A stretch of DNA of 64,000 nt from an uncultured Gemmatimonadota bacterium (GTDB lineage: Bacteria; Gemmatimonadota; Gemmatimonadetes; Palauibacterales; Palauibacteraceae): NCBI GenBank assembly GCA_964480515.1, contig CAYZOT010000010.1:32634-96633 (forward strand). Reading direction: 5' to 3'. Within the stretch, counting starts at the first letter, position 1. Each line of letters opens with the position of its first letter. Below, in pieces: positions 1-8,680 of the stretch. The notes under the pieces were generated by a model, which was given only the letters and a program-made list of their open reading frames with translations, was not told where the DNA came from and made no database searches. Made by a program: the position numbers and the translations under genes.

Positions 1-279
1 TCTGGCCTCAACAAGCCTACGGGCAAACGAGGTCCAGTTGCGCCCTACCCCGAAAATCCCATGCAACACATAGACCCAATTAACCGCGCGCTGATCTCCC
101 ACCATATGGTGGTGTATCTTGGGCTGTAACATGAGATTCATGTTCTGTTGGACATTATGGTCATGGTTGAGCACGGAGTGGAACCAATGAAAGTAAAAAG
201 GTTAAGGCCACAGTGTTATCAATCCCCTCCTTCACGGCTACTAGCTCACTCATAAATCCACACCTTAGTGTCGACACAG

Positions 280-316
280 CAGATGTTAGGTACACTGTAG
301 ATAATGTAAACATCTG
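280..316 (+). promoter_or_regulatory. Inverted repeat CAGATGTT-N21-AACATCTG in the 5' leader of the propeller locus.
   Basis: 8-bp perfect arms, about 170 nt upstream of ATG 485, within a 484-nt non-coding leader. A second small palindrome, TGATCaaGATCA, lies at about 332..343. Confidence 0.25.
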
Positions 317-484
317 TTGCCGACAGGCCGGTTGATCAAGATCATCGGGTGAATAGAACTAATGTCTTTACGGATATATTAGATGTCAGATGGTTGTGAA
401 CATTCGAGAAAAAGCTCTAGATGCGACCCCTTATCGGGCGCATCTGCCCTAGAGTCCTCACACACGCCCCAATGGAAGGTTACC

Positions 485-2881
485 ATGCATACCCTACTTA
501 AGCTTGCAACATGCATTACGACACTCGCCATGTGTGCGATCCCCCTAGCCGGTCAGGGCTTTGGGTCTGGCGTCGCCGTCCACTCCGGTCAGGTCTTAGT
601 GGCGGAGCGAGGCGGTGCTACTTCAACTGGGGCCGTATACGTCTATGAAAAGGGACAAGATGGGTGGAGAGTGGCTAAAACCATCGTACCCGCGGGTGCC
701 GAAAAAGGCGGCTCATTCGGAACCTCGTTGTCTGTCTCTGATAATATGATGCTAGTGGGATCACCCGGGGCTTCTTACGTCTTCGAACGGATTGATGGGG
801 AGTGGGAGGAAGTCGCGACCCTCACCTCTGCTTTGGTCCCCGATAACTTAGTGTTTGGATTAAGTGGTGCGATCAATGGCAATGTGGCCTTGGTCGCGGC
901 TACGAATCCGGGCAGATACGGTGGCATGTCAACCGCGGGGAGAGTCTTTGCTTTTGAGGGCAAAGACTCAGGGTGGACGGAGGTGGGTGAACTGTTTCCC
1001 CCGGAGTTGGCAGATGGAGATGGATTAGGACCAGCTATTCTGACGAACGGACAAGTGGCAGCAGTCGGGGCGCCCGGTGCTACGGTCAACAACGTAAGAG
1101 GGGCGGGATCAGTCTACTTCTTCGTTCGCGGAGAGAACGGAGAATGGACTTCTTCTTCAACACTTGAACCCTTGAACGCTCCACGCCCAACCCAGGGCGG
1201 AAATTTTGGGAGTGAACTATTTGCACTCCCAACAGAGGACGGGGCGGAACTCTTAGTTGGCGGTGGCGGTTTGGGCGGTATTGGTGGTGCATACTCGTTT
1301 GCCCTGGAAGGCGATAGCTGGGCGCTCTCTAACCAGTTTTTCCCGCCCGTATTGGGTTCAGGAGGGCGATTCAGTGGAGGGTTCCCGTCGTCTTTCAGCA
1401 CGACAGAAGGGGAGTTGTGGATCGGCGGTAGCACCATTGGCGACCAAGGAGAGGGACAGGTGCTCCGCTACGGTAGAACCGAAACGGGGAGCCTCATTCT
1501 GCGCGACGTACTCAGCCCATCGAACGCTGGAGAAAGGGACGGGTTTGGGTCACAGATCGCGGTCCAAGGCAACATCGCTGCGATCGTGGCTGGTGGTAAG
1601 GACTACCGTTGGGGTACAGCGTACATCTTCGAGCAGGTCAGTGGAGAGTGGATTGAGACCGCTGAAGTATGGGGTGACACACAGAATTATGCCGCTATTA
1701 ACGGACACGAAGTCGGTTGCGAAGAAGGCGTTTCGGCTGACTTCGACTGCAGCGAGATCAATATCCTGTCATTCATGCCCGTTCAAACGCTTGGTGCTAA
1801 ACGTGGGGTTCGTGTGAACGATGTATGGGGCTGGAGCGATCCACAAACAGGCCGGGAATATGCACTCGTGGGCCTAACTGACCAAGCTTCATTTGTCGAC
1901 ATTACCGATGCTGAGAACCCACGCTATATAGGACGCCTTCTAATGACCGAGGGTGCAAACGGAAGCACCTGGCGAGATATAAAGGTCTACAAAAACCACG
2001 CGTTTATCGTATCTGACGGTGCGGGGGAACACGGGATGCAGGTCTTTAACCTCGCGCGACTACGCGAAGTTGGGAGTGAGCCGACCACCTTTGAAGCAGA
2101 TGCTCATTATGACGGTATCGCCTCCGCACACAACATTGTGATCAACGAAGGATCGGGCTTCGCATATAGCGTTGGATCAAGCGGTGGAGGCGAGACCTGC
2201 GGTGGAGGCCTCCATATGATCCAGATCGAAGAACCCACAGAACCAACGTTTGCAGGCTGCTTTGCCGATACGAGCACGGGACGGAGGAAAACTGGGTACT
2301 CACATGATGCACAGTGCCTCGTCTACGACGGTCCCGACACTGAGCATGCTGGTAAAGAGATCTGTATTGGATCGAATGAAGATGCGATCTCTATTGCGGA
2401 TGTAACTGATAAGGCCAATCCGATAGCACTGGCGACCGGGTCGTATCCAAGCATCGGGTATGCACACCAGGGATGGGTGACCGAAGACCACCGGTACTTC
2501 TATCTAGGCGACGAACTCGACGAGCTGCAAACTGAGTTCCCGGGTACCCGGACGATGATCTTCGACATTGCCGACCTTGACGACCCCATACTGGTCAAAG
2601 AGCATTTTGGTGAATCGACAGCAAGCGACCACAACATATATATCGTGGACAATCTGATGTACCAGTCGAACTATAATAGTGGGCTAAGAATTCTTGATGT
2701 GAGCAACCCTGAGAATCCGACCGAGGTTGGTTTCATCGATACAGTGCCCTATGCAGAAGGACCTTCAATGGGCGGATCCTGGAGTAACTACCCATACTTT
2801 GCGAGCGGAACAATCGTCGTAACGAGCGGGAACGAGGGCCTATTCATGGTTAAGTACCAAAAACCAGAACTGATCCCGTAA
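485..2881 (+). CDS. Secreted two-propeller protein. N-terminal has seven FG-GAP_2-type repeats (FGxS...LVGAP...G.VYVF...GEW). C-terminal is a Cys-rich LVIVD-repeat / choice-of-anchor-B-like beta-propeller. First of two tandem paralogs.
   Basis: ORF 383..2881. A signal-peptide-like segment (MHTLLKLATCITTLAMCAIPLAGQG) begins at the internal ATG 485, which has a GGAAGG SD 7 nt upstream. I counted seven FG-GAP-like repeats. The C-terminal half has recurring hhhhD/S LVIVD-like strands and conserved Cys pairs (GETCGGG, AGCF). Confidence 0.65.
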   Translation: MHTLLKLATCITTLAMCAIPLAGQGFGSGVAVHSGQVLVAERGGATSTGAVYVYEKGQDGWRVAKTIVPAGAEKGGSFGTSLSVSDNMMLVGSPGASYVFERIDGEWEEVATLTSALVPDNLVFGLSGAINGNVALVAATNPGRYGGMSTAGRVFAFEGKDSGWTEVGELFPPELADGDGLGPAILTNGQVAAVGAPGATVNNVRGAGSVYFFVRGENGEWTSSSTLEPLNAPRPTQGGNFGSELFALPTEDGAELLVGGGGLGGIGGAYSFALEGDSWALSNQFFPPVLGSGGRFSGGFPSSFSTTEGELWIGGSTIGDQGEGQVLRYGRTETGSLILRDVLSPSNAGERDGFGSQIAVQGNIAAIVAGGKDYRWGTAYIFEQVSGEWIETAEVWGDTQNYAAINGHEVGCEEGVSADFDCSEINILSFMPVQTLGAKRGVRVNDVWGWSDPQTGREYALVGLTDQASFVDITDAENPRYIGRLLMTEGANGSTWRDIKVYKNHAFIVSDGAGEHGMQVFNLARLREVGSEPTTFEADAHYDGIASAHNIVINEGSGFAYSVGSSGGGETCGGGLHMIQIEEPTEPTFAGCFADTSTGRRKTGYSHDAQCLVYDGPDTEHAGKEICIGSNEDAISIADVTDKANPIALATGSYPSIGYAHQGWVTEDHRYFYLGDELDELQTEFPGTRTMIFDIADLDDPILVKEHFGESTASDHNIYIVDNLMYQSNYNSGLRILDVSNPENPTEVGFIDTVPYAEGPSMGGSWSNYPYFASGTIVVTSGNEGLFMVKYQKPELIP

Positions 2882-2885
2882 TATG

Positions 2886-2894
2886 TGGTATAAT
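2886..2894 (+). promoter_or_regulatory. Perfect extended -10 element (TGgTATAAT) inside a 60-nt AT-rich island at the gene 1 / gene 2 junction. Candidate internal promoter for the YVTN-propeller gene.
   Basis: Sequence tgtggtataat at 2885..2894. The surrounding 2881..2940 is strongly AT-rich, in contrast with the local GC. If used, the TSS would fall about 8 nt before ATG 2910. Confidence 0.3.
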
Positions 2895-2909
2895 CGACAT
2901 ACGATAAAT

Positions 2910-4046
2910 ATGTATAAATTATTTCATATAAATGGTTTAGCGAAGTCATTATTGTCCGCTTCCCTCTTGTTCATCGGAACGGCTGACCGGGTAGGTGCAC
3001 GAACAGAAGCAGTCATACTAGATGCCACACGCACACAGACTGAGGAAGGGCCGTTCCTTTACGTCGCCAACCAAGAGGCGGCGGCGATAACAGTCATTGA
3101 TTTGAGCACCCACACGATCGCAGAGATTATCGACCTTGAGAAGATGGGCTACGGTGCCAACGCAAAACCTCACCACCTCGCGGTCGAACCCGACGGCTCA
3201 TTCTGGTACGTGTCACTTATCGCTGCGAACCAAATCCTAAAATTCAACCGTAATAATGAACTTGTCGCGAGCGTTGAGTTCGAGCGACCCGGACTCTTAG
3301 CACTCCACCCTATTGAGAACTGGCTTTTCGTTGGCCGGTCGATGGCCGCTGTAAATCCTCCACAGAGGATTGGCCGAATCGACCGAACTTCGATGGAGAT
3401 TGAAGAGTTCGACGTCTTCATTCCGCGACCACACGCACTTTCAACAACACCTAATGGCGCCTGGATATTTACCGGAAGCTTAGGCGAGAACTCCATCGTA
3501 AGCATTGGGGTAGAGAGTGGGCAGGTTGAGCTATTGCGTCTCCCTGGATCTCAGCGACAACCACACGTCATAGTGCAGTACGCCGTTTCTCCAGACGGGA
3601 GAACACTAGTCGCAACGGCTGAGATGACAGCCAAGCTTCTAGTCTTTGACGTGTCCGATCCTAGCAAACCAGAGCTGAAGCACGAGATTTCCGTCGGAGC
3701 ACGTCCATGGCACCCCTCATGGTCACACGATGGGCGTTGGATTTGGTTCGGAAACTTAGGAGCGAACGAGGTCACCCTCATAGATACGCAGGACTGGTCT
3801 GTGGCAGACGTCGTTAGCGGAAATGGTCTTGCCGAGCCACATGGAAGCGCTCTCTCAGCAGACGGCTCTCGCCTATACGTGGCAAACCGAAATGAACGAG
3901 GTACATACTCATCGAAAGATCAGTTGGGCTACGATGCACCCGGCGGCACGGTTGTCGTGATCGATACAACGACACGCAACATTATTGATGTCATCGAGAC
4001 CCCCCCCTACGCAGCTGGCGTAGGGCTTGCGTCCAACCCTCGTTGA
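2910..4046 (+). CDS. Secreted YVTN-type (7-bladed) beta-propeller repeat protein.
   Basis: Repeated LYVAN / ITVIDL / PHHLAVEPDG / LYVANRN motifs typical of YVTN/lactonase-type propellers. N-terminal signal-like MYKLFHINGLAKSLLSASLLFIG. The alternative start is ATG 2883. Confidence 0.55.
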   Translation: MYKLFHINGLAKSLLSASLLFIGTADRVGARTEAVILDATRTQTEEGPFLYVANQEAAAITVIDLSTHTIAEIIDLEKMGYGANAKPHHLAVEPDGSFWYVSLIAANQILKFNRNNELVASVEFERPGLLALHPIENWLFVGRSMAAVNPPQRIGRIDRTSMEIEEFDVFIPRPHALSTTPNGAWIFTGSLGENSIVSIGVESGQVELLRLPGSQRQPHVIVQYAVSPDGRTLVATAEMTAKLLVFDVSDPSKPELKHEISVGARPWHPSWSHDGRWIWFGNLGANEVTLIDTQDWSVADVVSGNGLAEPHGSALSADGSRLYVANRNERGTYSSKDQLGYDAPGGTVVVIDTTTRNIIDVIETPPYAAGVGLASNPR

Positions 4047-4053
4047 TCTCGTA

Positions 4054-6012
4054 ATGCTTCTGATCAGAGTCCAAACCAAGATTGGGTGCGCTCTTATATT
4101 GAGCATCGGTGCTCTCTCGGGGTGTGCTTCTGGCCGCGTGGCTAACGTGGGCCAACCAGACCCAGAACAACACGGTGTAGGAACGTCAGAGGGGTGGGAG
4201 CGCTCGCTCACACCTTTCCCCGTACTCCGGGAAGATGGGACACCCTATGAAATCCCGTTTCTCGGCGGCTTCAACGTCCCACGACCGCAGTGGGTTGATA
4301 TCGATTCGGACGGCGACCTCGATCTTGTCGTTCAAGAGACTACGGACCGCCTCCTCTATTTCGAACGCGAGGACACTCCGAACGGCCCAAAGCACACTTG
4401 GCGACCAGACGCGTTTTCATCCCTGCAAGTGGGCGAGTGGTATCGATTCGTCGATGTAGATGCAGATGGTGACCGAGACCTCTTAGCTGAGTCGCCGTTT
4501 AGCTATATGAAACTTTACCGAAATACGGGCACCGTCGGTCAACCAAGTTTTGAATTGATTGCAGATACGCTCCGGGACACACGAGGGGAACCAATTTTCT
4601 CTGATCGTCAGAATATCCCGAATGCTGCAGACATTGACTGTGACGGGCGACTGGATCTGTTCATCGGGAGACTCGTGGGGACCGTGACACGATATGAAGC
4701 AACTGGGGTGATCACGGATGATGCCTCGCCCTTCCGACATATAACAGACCGGTTCGAGGACATTGAGATCATCGCCGATCCAGCAGCACAAGGTGGCATC
4801 CCCATACCGCTAAACGACGGTAACATTCAGCCCCAAGATGGAATAGGAAGGCACTTCCCCACACTTCACGGCGCAAACACGATGGCGCTTGCCGATGTGG
4901 ATGATGATGGCGACGTCGACATGTTTTGGGGCGATTTTTTCGAAGCCGGTCTCCTCTTTATCGAGAATGCCGGCTCTTGTGAGGCCCCCAATCTCCGAGT
5001 AACACCCCAACCGTTTCCTTTGGATAACCCAATTCAGACTAGCGGATACAACGCGCCCACCTTTGGGGATATTGACAGAGACGGCGATTTAGACCTTCTG
5101 CTCGGCGTTTTGGGAGGAGCGTACAATGGAAACACCACTACGGCGGACAACCTATTACTGTTTGAACAAGACGATGACGGCAGTTTCACCCTCACGACCA
5201 GTCGCTTCATTTCACAGATCGACGTTGGAAGCGAGAGTGTCGTATCACTCGTTGATCTCGACACGGATGGCGATCTGGATCTTTTCGTAACAAACAAGAT
5301 CGATCCTCAGGATCTCTCTGACTCAAAGGTCTTTCTGTTCCGTAATAACGGAACATCTACCGCTGCGGACTTTCAAAAAATGGGCGAATTCAAGTTGGAG
5401 GGAGCTTATCACAACGCTCCCGCCTTTGGTGACCTCGACGCGGACGGTGACCTCGACATCTTGCTGGGGACTTGGCGAGACGAACTACGCTATTTGCGGA
5501 ACGTCGGGTCGGCAACCCAACCAGACTTCAAATTGATTGACCCAGCATTCGTGGAGATCACACGCGGCTCGAACGCGACCCCGACCCTAGGTGATATCGA
5601 TAATGATGGAGACCTCGATCTGTTCATCGGAGAATCATCTGGCACCATCAACTACTATAAGAACACTGGGTCCGCCACTAAGCCCCAGTTTGAACTTGTG
5701 AGCGATGAATACGGCGGTATCGATGTAGGCCGGCGAAGTTTTCCGAAGCTTGTGGACTTTGATGGAGACTCGGACCTGGACATGGTCATCGGCACCGAGT
5801 CCGATGGTATCCTCTACTTCCGGAATGACGGAAGTGTATCAGCACCTGACTTTCTAGAAATTGAAACCCCTTTCCCTGACGCAGCGGACCTGCCCGTGTT
5901 CGTGACACCAGAACTCGCCGATCTCGATGGAGATGGTGACCTTGATCTCGTGACAGGCGGAGCTGGAGGCGGTGTCTACTACTTCGAACGTCACCGACCT
6001 CGTCGTGATTGA
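4054..6012 (+). CDS. Lipoprotein with ten FG-GAP/VCBS-type repeats, each carrying a Ca-binding DxDxDGDxDL motif (CRTAC1/ASPIC-like beta-propeller).
   Basis: The ATG at 4054 gives MLLIRVQTKIGCALILSIGALSGCAS, a lipobox LSGC. There are ten DIDSDGDLDL-type motifs at roughly 60-aa spacing. The track ORF starts at TTG 4027, inside the preceding gene. Confidence 0.65.
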   Translation: MLLIRVQTKIGCALILSIGALSGCASGRVANVGQPDPEQHGVGTSEGWERSLTPFPVLREDGTPYEIPFLGGFNVPRPQWVDIDSDGDLDLVVQETTDRLLYFEREDTPNGPKHTWRPDAFSSLQVGEWYRFVDVDADGDRDLLAESPFSYMKLYRNTGTVGQPSFELIADTLRDTRGEPIFSDRQNIPNAADIDCDGRLDLFIGRLVGTVTRYEATGVITDDASPFRHITDRFEDIEIIADPAAQGGIPIPLNDGNIQPQDGIGRHFPTLHGANTMALADVDDDGDVDMFWGDFFEAGLLFIENAGSCEAPNLRVTPQPFPLDNPIQTSGYNAPTFGDIDRDGDLDLLLGVLGGAYNGNTTTADNLLLFEQDDDGSFTLTTSRFISQIDVGSESVVSLVDLDTDGDLDLFVTNKIDPQDLSDSKVFLFRNNGTSTAADFQKMGEFKLEGAYHNAPAFGDLDADGDLDILLGTWRDELRYLRNVGSATQPDFKLIDPAFVEITRGSNATPTLGDIDNDGDLDLFIGESSGTINYYKNTGSATKPQFELVSDEYGGIDVGRRSFPKLVDFDGDSDLDMVIGTESDGILYFRNDGSVSAPDFLEIETPFPDAADLPVFVTPELADLDGDGDLDLVTGGAGGGVYYFERHRPRRD

Positions 6013-6192
6013 AGGCGATTTTTTTCATAGGGCCGTATGAGACGAAGACCGTTCAGTGCCGGTAAGCCTATGGACTCAGCAGACAACACTGGTGGCAGGC
6101 AATCGAACGTTCTACCGTGTCTTAACCTCGATCTTGAAACGCCCCCGACACTTTCCAGGTCGGGCCTCTAACCCCGCATCTCAGGTACTAAC

Positions 6193-8667
6193 ATGAATGG
6201 TTTTCGTACGCTCGTATCGACGGTCGTTATTACATGGCTGAGCGCAACTCCCGCCCAGCCACAGGAGTTTGGGAGCACAATTGTGCTGAACGACAATGAG
6301 ATCCTCATTGGTGAACCGTTCGATCCCGTCGGGCCTGGGCCCGATGGGAACCCGCGAACCCTATACATATACTCCAATTCCGACTCTGGTTGGGTGCAGA
6401 CAGGCACGCTTCAAGCGCCCGACCATGGAGGGGCAGACTTCTTCGGTCGCTTCGTCATCCAAGACAGAGATCAACTCCTAGTCGGCGCAACAGCACTTGA
6501 TTCTAACGGAGACGGTGAGCCTGATGGCAGCGTCCTCATCTATGGACGTGGCGAGGATGGCTGGACATATGAGTCTGAACTTCGACCTGAAAGCGTCCCA
6601 TTTGGATCTTCCTATGGTCGTTTTGCATCCCTAGCAGATGAATTGCTCGTTGTCACAGCTCTTGGGTATAGCAACACGGATGGGGCTGCTCCGACGGGTG
6701 CAGCTTGGGTGTTCACACGCAGCTCAGATGGAACGTGGATGGAGCAAGCGATCCTCACACCCACAGACCCCAATCCAGAACAGGAATTCTTTGGATGGGG
6801 TGTCCACACGGATGGGGATCGCGTAATCGTGGGCGCGTTTGGTGGACCAACAATACCAGGTGCCGCGTACATCTTCGGTCGAGATAACGAAGGCAATTGG
6901 GCTCAAGAAGCTCGGCTTGCTCTTCCCGATGATGAGTCGCAACCAGGGGCGGGAGCAGCCGGAGGAGGGATCGCCATGGGCGTGAGCATTGACGACACGT
7001 ATGCGTTACTTGGCCTGCCGGGCGCGGATGGCGGAGCCGGAATCGTATTACGCTATGAACGACGGACAACAGGCGACTGGGTCCGAACCGGCGAACTCGC
7101 CGCATTCGACCGACAACCTGGCGCCTTTTTCGGAGCGTCATTTCACGGGCTCGAAAACGAGCTCTGGATCTCGGCCCCAGGAGCTGATGGACTAGGGGCG
7201 ATCTATGCCTTCACTTGGGATGCAGCGACAGAGACCTTCGGCGCGGCCAAAAAAATTCGAGCGGCCCAGGGTTCGGATGTCGGCGATGGCTTTGGGTTGG
7301 CCATGGCCTCTACTCCTGATCTCGCAGTGATCGGACAGCCGTGGGACGACTCCGGACTGGGATCCGTCATCGTGCTCGAAAATCATGACGGGACTTGGAA
7401 TTCAACGTCTAAAATCTTCCTCCCTGAGCAACGGCGTGAGCTTTTGGCTCTCTCCGATGTGACCTGCGGTGATAACGGATTGGCTGACCAGTTCACCTGC
7501 GATCAAGTCGACGTACTGTCCTTCATGCCACTAGACGCGATCGGCGGGACGGATCGTGGCATTGAGACAAATGACGTTTGGGGTTGGGCCGACCCACAGA
7601 CTGGGCGTGAATACGCACTTGTGGGGCGTACCGACGGTACCGCGTTCATCGACGTGTCAAATCCCAATAGTCCAATCTACCTCGGGAGCCTTGCAAAAAC
7701 GTTGGGTTCGCGGACGAATTCGTGGCGTGATATTAAGGTGTTAAATAACCATGCATTCATCGTTGCGGATGGAGCAGGTGACCACGGAATGCAGATTTTC
7801 GATCTTACGCGACTGCGAGATGTTCGCGACACACCCGTTGAATTTGATGTCGATGCACTATACGAGGGGATCGCAAGCGCACATAACGTCGTAATCAACG
7901 AGGAAACGTCTGTCGCGTACATTGTCGGATCTAGCGGTGGAGGCGAAACGTGCGGCGGCGGACTCCATATGATGGACATTGAAGAACCGACCAATCCAAC
8001 CTTCATTGGCTGTTTCCAAGATGTCGGAACGGGACGCCGCGGAACGGGCTATGCACACGACGCCATGTGCATTGTCTATGATGGACCGGATACTGAGCAT
8101 ATTGGTCAGGAGATCTGCTTCGGCTCAAATGAGACAGCACTTTCGATCGCCGACGTGACGGACAGGGAGAACCCGGTATCACTTGCCAGTGCAACTTACC
8201 CGAACGTGACATATGCCCATCAGGGCTGGATCACTGAGGATCACCGGCACTTCTACATGAACGACGAATTGGACGAAGACGCATCGGTGGCGCGAGCAGG
8301 AGAAACCGACACTGAACCGGATATGTCTGCAACACGTACGCTCGTTTGGGATGTTTCCGATCTCGATGATCCCGTGCTCGTCAATGAACACTTTGGTGAG
8401 ACGTTTACGATCGACCACAATCTCTACATTGTGGGCGATCTTATGTATCAGTCGAACTATGTTAGTGGGTTACGCGTGTTAGACATTAGCGATCGCGAAA
8501 ATCCGGAGGAGGTCGGCTTTTTCGACACAGTACCCTGGGATGAGTCTGTCGTTTTCGATGGCTCATGGTCGAACTATCCCTTCTTCGAAAGTGGTACGGT
8601 CGTCGTTTCAAGCGGTAAGGAGGGTGTGTTCTTCCTCAAATACCGCCGACCCGAACTTGTGCCTTGA
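6193..8667 (+). CDS. Second tandem paralog: secreted FG-GAP_2 propeller plus Cys-rich LVIVD/choice-of-anchor-B-like propeller.
   Basis: Signal-like N-terminus MNGFRTLVSTVVITWLSATPAQPQ. The C-terminal ~400 aa align closely with gene 485..2881, including GWxDPQTGREYALVG, GSSGGGETCGGGLHM and QSNYxSGLRxLD. It has a 22-aa acidic insertion (EDASVARAGETDTEPDMSATRT). Confidence 0.7.
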   Translation: MNGFRTLVSTVVITWLSATPAQPQEFGSTIVLNDNEILIGEPFDPVGPGPDGNPRTLYIYSNSDSGWVQTGTLQAPDHGGADFFGRFVIQDRDQLLVGATALDSNGDGEPDGSVLIYGRGEDGWTYESELRPESVPFGSSYGRFASLADELLVVTALGYSNTDGAAPTGAAWVFTRSSDGTWMEQAILTPTDPNPEQEFFGWGVHTDGDRVIVGAFGGPTIPGAAYIFGRDNEGNWAQEARLALPDDESQPGAGAAGGGIAMGVSIDDTYALLGLPGADGGAGIVLRYERRTTGDWVRTGELAAFDRQPGAFFGASFHGLENELWISAPGADGLGAIYAFTWDAATETFGAAKKIRAAQGSDVGDGFGLAMASTPDLAVIGQPWDDSGLGSVIVLENHDGTWNSTSKIFLPEQRRELLALSDVTCGDNGLADQFTCDQVDVLSFMPLDAIGGTDRGIETNDVWGWADPQTGREYALVGRTDGTAFIDVSNPNSPIYLGSLAKTLGSRTNSWRDIKVLNNHAFIVADGAGDHGMQIFDLTRLRDVRDTPVEFDVDALYEGIASAHNVVINEETSVAYIVGSSGGGETCGGGLHMMDIEEPTNPTFIGCFQDVGTGRRGTGYAHDAMCIVYDGPDTEHIGQEICFGSNETALSIADVTDRENPVSLASATYPNVTYAHQGWITEDHRHFYMNDELDEDASVARAGETDTEPDMSATRTLVWDVSDLDDPVLVNEHFGETFTIDHNLYIVGDLMYQSNYVSGLRVLDISDRENPEEVGFFDTVPWDESVVFDGSWSNYPFFESGTVVVSSGKEGVFFLKYRRPELVP

Positions 8668-8680
8668 TTAAGGAAGGCAC
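8659..8680 (+). promoter_or_regulatory. Hairpin GTGCCTT-gattaagg-AAGGCAC spanning the paralog-2 stop codon and the SD-like AGGAAGG of cysQ.
   Basis: Perfect 7-bp inverted repeat. The TGA stop of gene 6193..8667 lies in the left arm/loop, and the SD-like AGGAAGG sits in the loop/right arm. The putative cysQ TTG start follows immediately. Confidence 0.3.

Noticed and set aside
383-484. ATG 383 as the start of the first propeller gene (the longest ORF).
   Set aside because: The 34 N-terminal residues (MSDGCEHSRKSSRCDPL…) precede a clear signal peptide. The ATG at 485 has a GGAAGG SD 7 nt upstream and begins directly with the signal peptide.
1257-1817. Internal or antisense ORFs of 60-200 aa throughout the window. 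Examples are 1257..1817, 9527..10126, 10499..11074, 30011..30610 and 62608..63117.
   Set aside because: All are embedded in alternative frames or antisense to strongly supported genes, lack recognisable motifs and have Arg/Ser/Pro-rich composition typical of off-frame GC-rich translation.
4250-5960. Ten copies of a ~30-nt DNA motif encoding D-x-D-x-D-G-D-L-D-L looked like a possible direct-repeat array (CRISPR-like).
   Set aside because: The repeats are imperfect at the DNA level and the spacing is irregular (about 165-200 nt). They lie inside one continuous ORF with a lipoprotein signal, so they are protein-level FG-GAP repeats.
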